NCBI GenBank assembly: GCA_023213395.1
Contig: CM041465.1
Span: 221,533,741-221,597,740, forward strand
Source of the DNA: Cycas panzhihuaensis
Taxonomy: Eukaryota > Plantae > Cycadophyta
Direction of reading: 5' to 3'
Length of the DNA: 64,000 nucleotides
Shown here: positions 51,021-64,000 of the stretch, one piece after another
Position numbering within the stretch: position 1 is the stretch's first letter
How the letters are laid out: every line of letters starts with the position of its first letter
Position numbers and translations under genes: made by a program
Notes under the pieces: model-generated
The model's input: the letters and a program-made list of their open reading frames with translations, nothing else
The model's database searches: none
What the model was told of the DNA's origin: nothing

Positions 51021-52799
51021 ACCCAGCGAACACTTGAGAATTCTTCAAACACACATGTTCCTTAAACAGATGATAAGATACTGTCTAAAAAAGATGTGTT
51101 CCTGTTTGAAGTGAATGGAGTCTTGTCATCTCTGCAAGTAAAACACAATCATTCTGCATCATTCAAGAATAGTTTCAATGTTGGGTTTGCAGTCTAAAGG
51201 AATCTGTTAAACATATAATGTGACTTTCAGATCTGCCAGTTGGGTGAAATATGGAAGAGAAATGGCAATGGTAGAGCACTCAATTCTTGGGTGTGGCTGC
51301 TGTAGGCTCAGCATGTAATAGTGCATGTTTTAAGGCAAGTCTTTGGTTGATTACCTACTATTTCTTATTAGCAGATCATTGTGTATAACAATAGATTTGT
51401 TTGGTTTTATTGGTGTCAACAAATATGACCCAAATCTTTCAAGGACTATCCAGTGTGAAATACATTAATAAATTATTGTTGAAACAATTTCCTCTTCCAT
51501 ATTACTTTTATTTCATGTCAAGCTGTCTATGGCTTTGTTTTCTGTGTGTGCGCGCATGCCCGCGCCCATGCGCGTGCGCGACAGAGAGAGAGAGATCAAA
51601 ATCATTTCAATGATGCAGATTGAACAAATTGTTGAGCGGTACTGCGAAACTATGATAAGAAAATATACATGATTGTCAAACGTGGACAGATTGTGTGTTA
51701 TTAAGTTCATGGATTTTTGTTTTTAATTTTTACGACACTTTTTTTCAGAGTACTTGGATATGTTATTTCGGGGCAGTCTAACATATAGATAACGTCTCAA
51801 AGAAAGGGAATCATTCAATGAAGTTTCTGTGCAGATCGGTGGGATGGTGTAGGGCTGTAGAGTCTCCACTCTTATTCATGATTCACAAGGTTGGGTGGCT
51901 TGGTAGATTTTTATTTGTTTTATTAATTCACTTGGCGTGGTAGGTAAGGTCAATATGGTTCACTCCCACTGGATTTGGCAGATAATAGTTGTTTTGGTTA
52001 CTTTTCTTAGCAAATTGTGTTGGATTATTCATGCTCAAGATGGTGCCTGGGAAAATGTGGAAAATTCATTTCAAAGGTCTATCGCGAGGTAATCCAAACC
52101 CCCCAAATGTTATGCTTGATGTCACATTGCTTTTGAAATGGTTGGGTAGAAAATTGTTGGCAAGCCCCCACAACAAGTGCATAAATGGAGACTCCCAAGG
52201 TTCTCAGTTTGTAATTTGTCCCAAAGTTTTTTCTTTCCTGTTTTGTGGTTTATGCCAAGTTTTTCTCTAAGGGGCTTGGCTCTGTTGCAAAAGCATTGCC
52301 TTTTTTTTTCCTAAATGATATGGAGAGGCTTTGAGGACTCTCTCATGATATCTATCCATGTCCCCTTGATAAATAGTTGCATACAATTTAGAAGCACAAT
52401 GGAGAGAATAATTTGTACATCATATTTGTCCCAGACATGAACAACAATCAATAAGGGATGGCAGTGCTCGACCCACTCTAGGACTGTCCTCTTACATAAA
52501 TTCTCATACCCACATGATAGGAGGTAATACTCACCACCATGCTACAATGACTCCTTGTTTTGTGTTTGTTTCTGCCACATCAGTGGTAAGAGCTCTTATA
52601 TTCTTTCTACGTAGTTACAATTAATTTCAACTATAATCAATTATACTTAATCAGGGCTTTATAATAGTCACCTTAAGTATTGTTTATTATTGAGTTGCTA
52701 ATTGATTAATCCCGTGTAGTGATAGAAAATGTTTGTTTACCTCCATTGGTTGGCAACACATTGCCATTGAATGTTTGCTTGTTGCTACCAATAACCATT

Positions 52800-54460
52800 G
52801 CTTCTACAAAATGTCTTTGATATAGAATGTTGGTAGGCATATAGAAAAGCCATGATGATAGGTTTTGATGGAGGGCAGATATGTTTGCAGAAAGAAAATA
52901 TCATAATTCTAGCAAGATTCTATATAAATCTGGGAGAGAAATGATGATGGCATAGAATTAGAGAATTTTATGGAGGACTTTAACTCTAAACTAAAAAACA
53001 TTTTCAAGAATGTGAATCTGGTTTAGAAATTCAATTAAGCAATTATTCAATTATGTACCATGAGATTGCAAAGGTAACATTTATGTTTATAAGGTATGGT
53101 GTTTTTTTGCCATGCATAGCAAATCTAAAAGTTGAAAAATAAATATAAAAAGATAAAAATCTAGCTATAGAAGGATCAAAGATAGGGTTTTACATACCAA
53201 TCCTTTCACCTAATATATATTCAAAATGTAATTTCACTCCTACATAGAGCTATGAGAACATAAAATATTCTTGAAGAGGCTAGGTTTGAAATTACGTAAG
53301 AGGTAAGGGAAAGGCAAATTTAAGGGACATTTTGCCTCTAAAAACCAACCTAACCAACAATGAAAGAAGCCCTTCTTCAAGAGAAAATTCTCCACCTCAC
53401 TATTGTCTAAGGAAACCTATAAACAAGGAGAAATATAAATTATTAAGGACAAGAAGGATTTATTTTGCAAGGAAGAAGGCCATATGGTAAAGGATTATCC
53501 TTTCTAGAACAAAGTAATGAACAATATTAAGAAACCTCAACTTGTAAATAGGTGCATAATGTCAATAGCTTGTAAAGTAGAACTATTTAGAAACCTTTAA
53601 CTTAGGCGAAGATTCTCAACACCTATATACAAAATTTATAGAAATAGATCTTTATTCATTCGGGGTAGAATAAAAAGATAAAGAGGCTATAATTTTGGTT
53701 GACAATGGTTATACTTAAAACTTTATTTTAGACAAATTTATAAAGAAATAAAACTTAGTGACCACGCTTTTTTAAATTGTGAATGTTTTGTTGAAACCAT
53801 TAATGGTTAAAGGGCAAGTGTGGAGCGAATTTGTTGCAATGGTTCCTATTTCCATTTAGGGTTATAGTGATGAATTAAGTTTTTGATATTATGAATATAG
53901 GTGGATACAATCTAATTCTCAGGGAAAATACCTTTGAGATTCATAGGTTTACATTCTTTCTGATAACTATATGTCGGAATTCTTGTCTAAGGGAAAACAT
54001 GTTCAATTTCAAAGAGATAAAAACTCATAAAACTTTCCCATGGTGTTAACTATGCAACTAAACATTAGTAAACAAGAAACTAGATTAGTGTTGTGCGATT
54101 ATCATAATAGAGAAAAAGGCACGGATTTAAGAAGAAAATAAATAAGGTCGGGTACTTGAGCACATCAGCAGGTATCTACTTTACTGTGTTGGAAGTCCTA
54201 GGTTCGACCCTCGCAGGGCGTTATAGGGGAGAATTAGATGAAAGTGTGACAATCCTTGACAAACAGGGATATGATTCCATTCGCTTGGTACATACCATTG
54301 AAAAAAAAAAAGAAAATAAATAAATTGCCACTTAGGTATTGATTTGACTTAACAAAATTTTTTATATATTTTCTAGTAGTTTGTTTATCAGTTTATCCAT
54401 AAATAAGGATGTAGACCACAAAATTCAATTTGTATCACGCATTAAACCAACCTATAAATT
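52800..54460 (+). mobile_element. Highly decayed Ty3/Gypsy gag-protease remnant
   Basis: Knuckle remnant YFCKEEGHMVKD near 53460; protease remnant ILVDNGYT*NFI near 53690; boundaries approximate. Confidence 0.55.
54146..54309 (+). mobile_element. tRNA-derived SINE-like insertion
   Basis: 14-bp TSD AAGAAAATAAATAA (54132-54145, 54310-54323); B box GGTTCGACCC near 54201; poly(A) tail from 54301. Confidence 0.85.
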
Positions 54461-55572
54461 ATTCTGTAGTGATCTTAGGAGGGATTAAAAGTAATTTATA
54501 TTAGTAATAACATTTTAAACAAAATAGTAAAAAAAAAAAAAAGAACAGAAAATAAATAATAGGTATTGAATTACAAATAATGAGGAATTACTGAAAGTAT
54601 AAATTAAGAGATTTTTGATAATTTAATAGAATAATTTAATTATGAATAATACAAGGTACATGATTGGACAAGAGATCACTCGTTTTTTAGGAAGAGTTAT
54701 GTAGCAATTTAAATTTACTCCTAATTAAAAAAAATTTAGTAAATAATATAATAAATAACAATCAAATTAATTGACATAATAAATGCAATAATTCAAAGGT
54801 AATAATAAAGCATGAAATGATAGTAAATAATTAAATAAATAATAATTAGATAGTAATTTCTAAGAATGAAAGTGTAATAGTAGAGAAAAATATGTTAAAG
54901 CACTTAGTATAATGTGTTGAAGTGCCCAAATGGAGAATTAACCTATCATTAGAAATAATAATGATCGTGCTCTTTCATAAGGCTCCACTTGGTTTATATG
55001 TGTCATTAATATTAGGGTTAGCTTCAACAATTTAATAAAATAATGACAAGCCAGCGTATATTTTTTCTTTGGTGTTTGGCTTCTTGCAATTTCCTTTTTT
55101 CTAAGATACTTCACCTACAAAGCACGGAGAGGTGATCACCTTCTTTAATCCACCAATTGTTAAGGTTAAGATATCAGAGGAGCTCAAACCACCTTTATAT
55201 TGCCTTCTAAAAGCAATACCTAAATCTTGGGATTTGTGGGTTAGGGGTTTTTCTTGTTTGAGATCTTATATCATGTTTCCATGGCTTTGAAAAATATAAA
55301 TTATTTGGAAATTAGAAATGAGATTATTATGAACAAGGGCAAAGAAATAGGAAGTATGATTAAGGTTTTATAGTAGTGAATGGTTTGGAGAGGGATATAT
55401 ATAAAAAGAGTAAGTTAAAGATGGGAATTAGATTGGTCGGTATAGTGGGAATTTTGTGTAAATAAGAGTTTTAGAGGGGGATATAAGAGAGGTATATGTT
55501 AAGGATGGACATGAATTGCAAAGATTTGAAGAGAGATTTTGGGATGATAAGGAAAGACATAACTTAGGAAAG

Positions 55573-58500
55573 TAGAGCATTTACTTGCAAAAAATCAATG
55601 TTGCAAATACAACTCAATAGAAATGAAAATTAAATATCGCCTTAATGAGAATAAAATATGCAAACAAATCACAAGCAAATTGAACACCAAATGGAGTACC
55701 AAAGTACTTTCTCTTAAAAAAATAATAATTCTCAACAACCTTTTACAAGTGATATTCGACCACTTAAATAGACATGCAAGGGGTCTTCTTTTTTGTGCTT
55801 TTATTAGTGGCCCTAGCAATCTTACATCTTATTAGGGGGCTTAATGGCCTATGCACAAATTTTAATAACTAACATCAATCATTAACCCTTTGGTGGTTCC
55901 TACTTGCTAATGTTTAAAAAATGTGGGGTTACATTACAAGCCCCTCCATCTGAGATGCTGAGTCTTTGTAACATTAGAGATGGGGATATTACTAGACGAT
56001 CTCGTCAGATTTCCAAGTTGCTTCATCTGTATCACAATTAACCCACTGTACCAAATGTTTAGAAATAGTACAATTCCTAAGATGGTACTAGCGGTTGGCA
56101 AGGATTTTATCAGATGGGATTATGAGGGTTTACTCATCAGTGAGAATGGGTAAGGTCATATAGGGTGTAATTTTTGCTCTAAGGTGTTCTTTTAGGCAAG
56201 AGACATGGAAGACATTGTAGATATTGGTGTTTGGGGGGAGTTTAACACTGTAGGCAACTTCACCAATTTTGTGGAAGACTTTATAAGGGCAGTAATATCA
56301 TAGGTTGAGTTTATGATTCTAATAAGACTTAAGAGACTATTGCTTGTAAGGTTGAAGGCGAAGGAATACCATATCTCTAATGTTAAAAGACTATTCAGAC
56401 CGGTGGCGGTCGGCAAGTTACTTCATGTAATTTCGAGTAGAGGCTAGATTCTATCGAAGGGTATGGAGGATTTGGTCTATCTCTTGAAACTTTTATTGTA
56501 CTAAGGTCATTCTAAAGTTTATAGCCAAGGTACGGTGGGAAGGGGGTGGTAGCCATAGATGGCCAAAAAGAGGAACATACCAATGGTTGAATGGTGAGAG
56601 GAGTTATACTAGTACTCTTAGGAAGTCTACTTAGCTTGGTGTTATGAGGCAAAACAACATAGATAGTTTTCCAAGATTTTGTTCAAGACCTCAGATTGGC
56701 CATTGGTTTGTGGGTGGTATGCAGAATTCATGTTAAATAAGATTTCGAAAACCCTAAAGAGTTCTTGCCAAAATGAGTTGGTGAACTAGGGGTCTTGATC
56801 ACAAACGATGGTCGAGGGAAAATTGTGAAGGCAAAATATAAATTGGACGTATAAGTTGGTAATGTGGGAGGACGTCTATAAGGTGTGAACTGGGAGGAAG
56901 TGTGAATATTTGGTTAATTGATCAATGACCATCCAAATAGAATCAAACTCGGTAGATGGAGATATGCTCGTTATAAAGTCCATGGTAATATCCTACCACT
57001 TACGTTGTAGAATATTTAGTGTTTGGAGAAATCTAAGAAGGGTTTTGGTATCGACTTTGTTTCATTGACACGTGTTGCACTTTAATATGAAGGTGAATAT
57101 GGTAGTCTTCATATGAAGCCAAAAGAAATTAGCGCGGATGCATCGATAAGTCTTATCGAAACCTGAGTAGCCACCAAAGGGAAAAGAATGGTATTCTATT
57201 AAGATTCTATGAATGAATGAGGAGAATGGCTGTACGAAAATATGATTTCGAAAGAGTAGATGGTTGTTAAAGGTTGACCAACTTTTGTCGGTGAAATTTT
57301 TTCACTCTAGTTAGCGTAGTCAGGTTGGGCCTGGATTTTAGCCTCTAATTCGTTGAGCCAAAGAGGATGGGGCTTGGTTATGGCATGGAGGTTGGGGTTG
57401 GGAGTACCAGTATCAGGGTGCATACATAAAATGACGTTTGTAACTGTATTGTCTTTGCCTTTTTTATATGATATTGTGAAGTCAAAGACTTGTAGGCAGT
57501 TAACAACCCATTTAGTCTGTTCTTTAGATACAATTAGTTGATCCAATAGATTATGGAGCCTACGATGATCCATGAAAATAGTAAATTTAGAGTCTAAGAG
57601 GTATTGTTGCCATTTATCAATATTATAAAGAATAACTTTCATCTCCTTTTGGTATATGGAGAGACGAAACTTATGATCTTTCAATTTTTGGCTCTTGAAT
57701 GTAATGGGGTGAGAGTCTTACATCAAGATTGCACCCAGGCTGAATCCAGAGGCATCCAATTCAAGTTGGAAAGGCTAGTTGAAATCAGAAGTGATGATGA
57801 CTGGGGTAGAGGTCATGACGACCTTGATATAAAAAAAAGCGGCATCAACTTTTGGGGACTATTGGAAGGTATCTTTGTAGATAAAATTGGTTAAGGGGGT
57901 AGTGGGGGAGGTATAATTATGCATAAAACAACGATATAATCCTGTGAGGCCAAGGAATACATATAGTTGGGTAAGGATAGTTGGTGTTGGCCAAGTTTTG
58001 ATAACAAATATTTTATCAGAGTCCACGCACCCCTTCTAATGATATGATATGCCCCAAGTATTGGAGTTCGAATTGCCCAAACTTACACTTGGATAATTTC
58101 ATATAGAGTTGGTGGTTTTATAATGTTTGAAGAATAAGTTTTAGGTGTTGGATGTGGTGGTCTAAATAGACGCTATAAATGAGGTTATCATCAAAGAAGA
58201 TTATGACGAATTTTCAAAGATAGAGGCCAAAAATTTTATTCATAAGAGCCTGAAAAGTTGTCGGGGCATTACAAAGGCTGAAAAACATTGCATGAAACTC
58301 AAAATGGTCATGATGTGTTCGAAATATTATCTTATGGCAATCTTCTAGGACAATTGGGATCTAGTAATAACGAGAATAAAGGTCTAACTTAGAAAAAATA
58401 GTCGCGCCATGGATTTCGTCTAACATGTCGTCTATGTGTGGAGTGGAAAACTTATTTTTTATAGTAATTTTATTTAGTTCCCTATAATTGACATAGAGGT

Positions 58501-60959
58501 AGAAGGAACCATCATTCTTAACCAAGACAATTGAAGCCACATAAGGGCTTTTACTTGGTTGGATTAAGCCCACATTTATGAGTTCGGTTGTGAGTTTCTC
58601 AATTTCATTCTTTTGAAAATATGAGTTTTGGTAGGGCCTCGGGTTAATAGGGTCGTGATTAGATTAGAGGTCAATTGTGTGATAGAAGCCACGATCAGGT
58701 GGGGTAGTAGTGGGAAAAGGGGAAAATACTTACTCGTATTGGGTAATAATGTCTTAGATACATGGATGAATTTATAATTCAATTTGAATATTGTTGAGAT
58801 GAACTATATATCCTAGGTGAGATTGAAGATGGGGTTTCATGCGTCCTGGTGAGACCACTTGGTTATGAGGGGATTACATCCCATAAATTTGGTGATTATA
58901 GCCTATTTAGTCTTTGAATGCAATGAATAGGTTGTTGGGCAAGTTATTCATATTGTAAGTTGCTAGGGTTTGCAACCACTGAAGCCCCAAGATAACATCA
59001 TACCCTCCTATTGATAAGGCATAGAAATTTGACACCAAAAAGTAAGTGTTGATTTGGACTGGGATGTTTTTAATAACACCAGTGCAATGGAGCTTTTGGT
59101 GCCTTAGTAGAGAACAAGTGAAGCCAATTTTTGATACTATATATAAATTAAGTTGTCGGGCTATAGAGATATCAAGGAAATTGAGTGACGCGCTACCATT
59201 GATCAAGATTGATATTGGAGTCTTGCAAAGAATGCCTTTGACGCGTAGGGGTTCGGGATAAGAGGTGGTGGTAATAGTGGATAAGGATACTTCGAGGTGA
59301 GATCTTCACGATTTTCATCTTCAGGCTCGTGTTCATAGTTGAAATCAAAGGATTTGTCAGAGGATAGGGACGGGTCAATGGAAAAAACCATGTGTCGCAT
59401 ATTGCAAAAGCAACTATACCTAAAAGTTCATTTTGTTGTACACAACATATAGAGGCCGGCCTCTAGTCGACATTATGTTTTATCTTGAAAAATTTGGACT
59501 CTTTTGGTAGATGAGTTGTCATTTTAATGGTCGGTAGCTGAGCATGTGAGATCATGATGTCGTAGTTTAGGACGTGCAAAGTTAGATTAAGGACAGACAA
59601 TATCATGAAATCAAGGCTGCAGTCACTGAAAGTCTGACTTTCAAGTGCATGAAAACCGAGTATTATCCCTTCAAATAACTAAGAGTCTATCAACTACAAA
59701 TTCAACCTCTACTGCTTAATCCCACTTGAATGCTTCCTTAAGGGAGTGAATTGCCATTGTCTTTAGTCTCATCTGACTACAATCTTGGAGTTTGACCACA
59801 TAAATGTTGATTATTTGTTTGTCTAAGTTTTGACTGTGATGAGTAATTATACAAAAACTTGGAATTCGTCAGAGAAGGCCTCCACTATTGTAGTATGTTT
59901 AAGCCGTGTAAATTGAATAAAAAAGGATCGATTCCATGTGCCCTCATATTGTTCAAAAAAATAGTTTGTGAAGTGGCACCACATTAGGTGGAAGGGATAT
60001 TCTTATTTCCACCAATTAAACCAATGGTGGGCTCGTCCATCGAGATGGATGGAGGCACACAAGAGTTGATCTTTCTCTAACATCGGGTGAAGTGTGAAGT
60101 ATGGTTCTAACTTGTTGATCCAACTCCGAGTGCATATTTTATTCACATCTAGATCAAAGGTAGGAATATTGATTTTATGGTGAAAAATGGGCTGCTTTGG
60201 TGGATAACCTCTTGGAGGTGTATTGCTTCCTTGAAAGGGTAGAGACACATTGCCCGTCATATTATAAGTTCATGTGCTTTAATGTTGAGGTTATAGTAGC
60301 TATTGGATACGTGCAAGAAGTTCCACTTTGGTGCTTTGAAGATCTAATTTTGTAAGGATGCCATTGAATCTATCACTAACTTCTTATTTGAAGTTGTTTA
60401 AGTCGTTGGTTAATTTAACAATTTTCTCTCTTTGAATTTTTACCATTAGAACTTTAGAAGGGGTTTAAAGGAGTGGGAAAGAACTAAAAGAAGGGAAATG
60501 GATGAAGTAGGATAGATCAAGAAAGAACGAGGTCTAAGAGTTAGGGAGTTGTTACGGAGAAGAGAAGGGGCAAAGAGAGGGATGTGGGGTGTCTATAGTT
60601 TGTTGATCTAAAAAATTACATAAACAAGATACTTAGTCCACTTAGATAAGTGCAAAAATTTGTCGAAATGGAATATATGAGATTTAAGGGTAAGTTTGAG
60701 GGGGCGGGGCCCATCGATGACCTGGGTACTAAGAAGTATGAAAATTATTTGCAAGAACTAACCTGGTGCAAAATGACTAGTGTAGCATATTGATCTAAAT
60801 AAGATATATGAATTTGAATGGTACTTTTTTGCCATGGACTTGTATCCTTATTTTTTTTTCTACAAGTTTAATAGTGTTGATAGTTTCGAAATTCAGGTAG
60901 TATTCTAGAAATTGGAATTCCCTACAAATTAGGAAGTGACCCCTTGTTTTTTTTTTTTT

Positions 60960-60996
<37 letters not shown>

Positions 60997-62165
60997 AATA
61001 TTGTGTCTTGAGATCTTAATAAGAAAGTAGAACATGTGAAACAAGATGTAAGTAATACAAGGTGTCCTACTGACCACTGTATAAGGTGTGCTTGGTCTTG
61101 TAGGCTTGTCATTAAACTTCTTATGTAGGAGTTTAGAGTAAGTAGCTTTATGGTACTAATCACTGGCCACTTCACTATAAGACTTTGATGGCTAGTAGGT
61201 TGCCTATGTTAAGAAGGATTTAGGACCTATAAGGGTCCTCCTATATACCCAAGGGTATGTAGAGGTGCACTTCTGTAGCTAAGTTTTATCTATGACTTAG
61301 TTCAGAAGTGTTATCTTTAGTCCTTCCTGCAAGAGATAGAAAAGCTACAATGCACTTAGCCAAAATGACAGATCCCTATAATGTTTAAAGACCCCTGATA
61401 CAAGGTCTCTACTTAACTACTTGGGTAGCTACCAAACTGAGTCATCTACCTGAGAATGTGGGGTGGGAGGAACAAAGGATAACCACCAAGTAGAGTTATC
61501 TACCATTAGACTCACAACTCTAGCATAGAAATTAAAATAAATAAATAGAACTAAAAATGAACCAAAAAAAAAAAAAAGTGTTGGGTGTTACTTAGGGGAA
61601 GAAATTCCCCTTTCATGGCGACTCCTAAATGGTGTTGGTTTTGTTCTTTAATCTCCATGGAGAAAGTACTAAGAGGTGGTCTTTTCTCGATCTCTACTTG
61701 GGTAGAGAGAGTACTCAATCTGATAGAAAGAAAAAAAAAAAGATCTCAATTTTTTCCCTCCATCAAGTAACTACCCATGATTACGAATGTAGCTCTGATA
61801 TCACTTGGAGCGTTTCCTTGTAGAAAATCAACCTTGCAAATATAGTTCAATATAAATGAAAGTTAAATGTTGCCTTAATGAGAATAAAATATACAAACAG
61901 ATATAAATTGAACACCAAAAGGAGTAATAAATTACTTTATCTTTAAAAGGTAATAATCATTAATAACCTTTTACAAGTGATATTTGACCATTTAAATAAA
62001 CATGTGGAAGTTTTCTTTCTTATGCTCCTATTGGTGGCTCTAACGGCCTTACATCTTGTTGGAGGGCTTAGCAACCCATACATAAATCTTAATAACTAAT
62101 ATCAATCCTTAACCCTTCAGTGGTTCCTACTTGTAAGTGCTTAGGAAAGGTGGGGTTACGCTACA
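55573..62165 (-). mobile_element. Old full-length chromodomain-bearing Ty3/Gypsy (chromovirus)
   Basis: Diverged LTRs 55573-55938 and 61806-62165; PBS reverse complement GCTCTGATATCA 61792-61803; PPT near 55940; gag, protease (YDVILGLQWL), RT (IQPSKSPY, LNKITIKNKF), RH, IN and chromodomain remnant (HLVQWVNCDTDEATW near 56010-56060). Confidence 0.88.
60946..60993. repeat. Poly(T) followed by a (TA)n microsatellite
   Basis: Seen directly. Confidence 0.95.
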
Positions 62166-63500
62166 AAGAATAATTTGGAGGTGAGAAATATGGGGAGTTT
62201 GGAAAGAAATAAAAAATAAGAGGGTATGTAGGAACTTGAATTTATGTGTAGGGTGTTATGGAAAAATGAGGAGGAAATAGAAAGTAGGGATGATAAGGTA
62301 ACTTATAAAGGGCATCAAGCAATAAAGGATGTGAAAATTTTATAAGAAAAAGGTAAGAGATAAGATATAAGGATATAATAGGGATTTAATATATGTGATA
62401 ATCATATAAGAGAGTGTTTTACCAAAACTTGGCCCTTTTTGTTGATCTTCATCATTTTGAATAAGTTTCTTGTATTGTTTCATGTGAGAACAATTGATTT
62501 AGGCTTGTTTCATATGCATTAGGCTATGTTTTGATGAAATGTTATGTTGATTTCATTAATGGTGTATGTTAAATAATGATGGATGTATTATTATGCTATC
62601 ACTTGCTAATGAGTGATAGCTATGGCATTAAATTCTCATCTTTCATGATCATTCTTATATATTTATTCCTTTAAAACATTTTGTTTCATAATTTTATCTA
62701 GATTTTACCCTTAAATTCTCTTTTTTTGATCAATTTTTAGATCTGCGCTTATTGTTTTCATCCATTTTGGGTTATTTTTTTTATTAATAAAATCATTTGT
62801 GCTAACATTTATCAAAATAATATTTTTTTGACCTTTTAATGAGCCATTTTAATCTCTTGATTTATCGTGTTTTTGGTCCTACAAAAAATATGACCGATTG
62901 TGTTTTATGAAGGAAGTCACGTTTTTAGCTTTTAAAAAATGTGACTAGTCACGTTTTTACTATCATGCATGCAAAATGCTTCTAGCACGCTAATTTTCTG
63001 CATGTTGTCGCCCATATTTAATGGAAACCAATCCTAATTGTGCTCAAAATTCATAAAAACCATCTGGTCGTCTATCATTCAAAGTTTGCAACCTTAGAGA
63101 TCAAGTTTTAGAGGTGCTTGAGATTTTTGAGGGATTTTTGCTACTATTGTTTTGGAAAGCTTATTGAAGAAAAATGGTGAAGTTAAGAGAAGATTTTGAA
63201 GCTTTGGTTGTTGCTTTGTTGATACTCAGATTTCAATGGTTGGTGCTTTTCAAAATTCTTAGTTTTTTATAAAGCTTTCAGCTTCAAATTTCTCCTTCTT
63301 GGTAAGATCTTTCCTATTGTGAATTCTTACAAATCTTCTACTATTTTGTGACTATTTGTGCTCAGAATCATTCCTTTCTTCTTGGTGATATTTGATGTCT
63401 CTTTGTATTAATTTTCCTTCTTGGAAATTTGGCTAAAAGATTCGCCCTTTATGGAATGAAAATGGGCTAAAGTGTTGTAAAGAATGCTCTTCCCTTTATT

Positions 63501-64000
63501 TGTGCGTGCCTCAATCATGCTTATAACATACACAATGCAAAGAGAAAGACACACACGTTAGGGGGTAAATTCATCTGGAATACTTTCATTCAAAACATGG
63601 CACTGCGCCTGGTCCTCTCACAACCACACGCCTGCCAGAATAGTACAAAATGGCTGCCTCACACGTGGCACAGCTCTATTACAAGGACATGTATACAAAC
63701 TGAATCATATTCCACACATTGCGGTTCTCACTTTTATATACAAATTCTGGACGTTACATAATTGTTTCTTAAAAGTAAGTTATTTCTTCTAACTGTCATG
63801 GGTCTGCCCGCTGCCCGGATAGACCCATTTTCTGCCCGAATAGCAGCTGGATAGTAGTTACACTATAGTCGCATAGTAGTCACCGCAGTTATGTAGCAGT
63901 CACCGCAGTCACATAGCAGTCACCGCACCTCACGTAGCAGTTGCTGGACCCTTCATAGCAGTTGTCGTAACCTTCGTAGTAGTTCTATAGCAGGCTGTAG
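63501..64000 (-). repeat. LTR (3' end) of a second Athila/Tat-like family member, running off the window
   Basis: Reverse complement aligns to ~25750-26177; terminus TGTGCGTGCCTCAATC; carries 20-bp repeats GTCACCGCAGTCACATAGCA. Confidence 0.9.

Noticed and set aside
54146-54225. Functional tRNA gene
   Set aside because: No convincing cloverleaf; the tail and TSD indicate a SINE.
60781-61349. Solo LTR TGTAGC...GCTACA inside the chromovirus leader
   Set aside because: Flanks ACTAG/ATGCA give no TSD and there is no second copy in the window.

Overview
AT-rich plant nuclear DNA. Large TE-filled introns and the element types suggest a large-genome land plant such as a gymnosperm (inference). About 85% is nested, mostly decayed LTR retrotransposons. 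One host gene is recognisable: an IQ67-domain (IQD) calmodulin-binding protein on the + strand, with four coding exons (31239-31505, 49780-50007, 50283-50396, 50490-51020). Its conserved IQ67 intron is expanded to 18.3 kb by TEs and its first coding exon is not visible. TE content: an old host Copia (1-14815) carrying three nested insertions; five members of a ~5.2-kb short-LTR Copia family with two Gag zinc knuckles; two CRM-like and one chromodomain Ty3/Gypsy; an Athila/Tat-like Gypsy; and a tRNA-type SINE with a 14-bp TSD. The most interesting item is the 3' module of the Athila/Tat-like element. The ORF track splits it, but it reconstructs as one 562-codon extra ORF (23795-25483) with plant-mobile-domain-like motifs, preceded by a CpG-rich ACGG array and followed by an LTR carrying a minisatellite and a hairpin. 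Also notable: a 5.3-kb microhomology-joined tandem duplication with an apparent gene-conversion tract inside the IQD intron. All divergence figures are by-eye counts.
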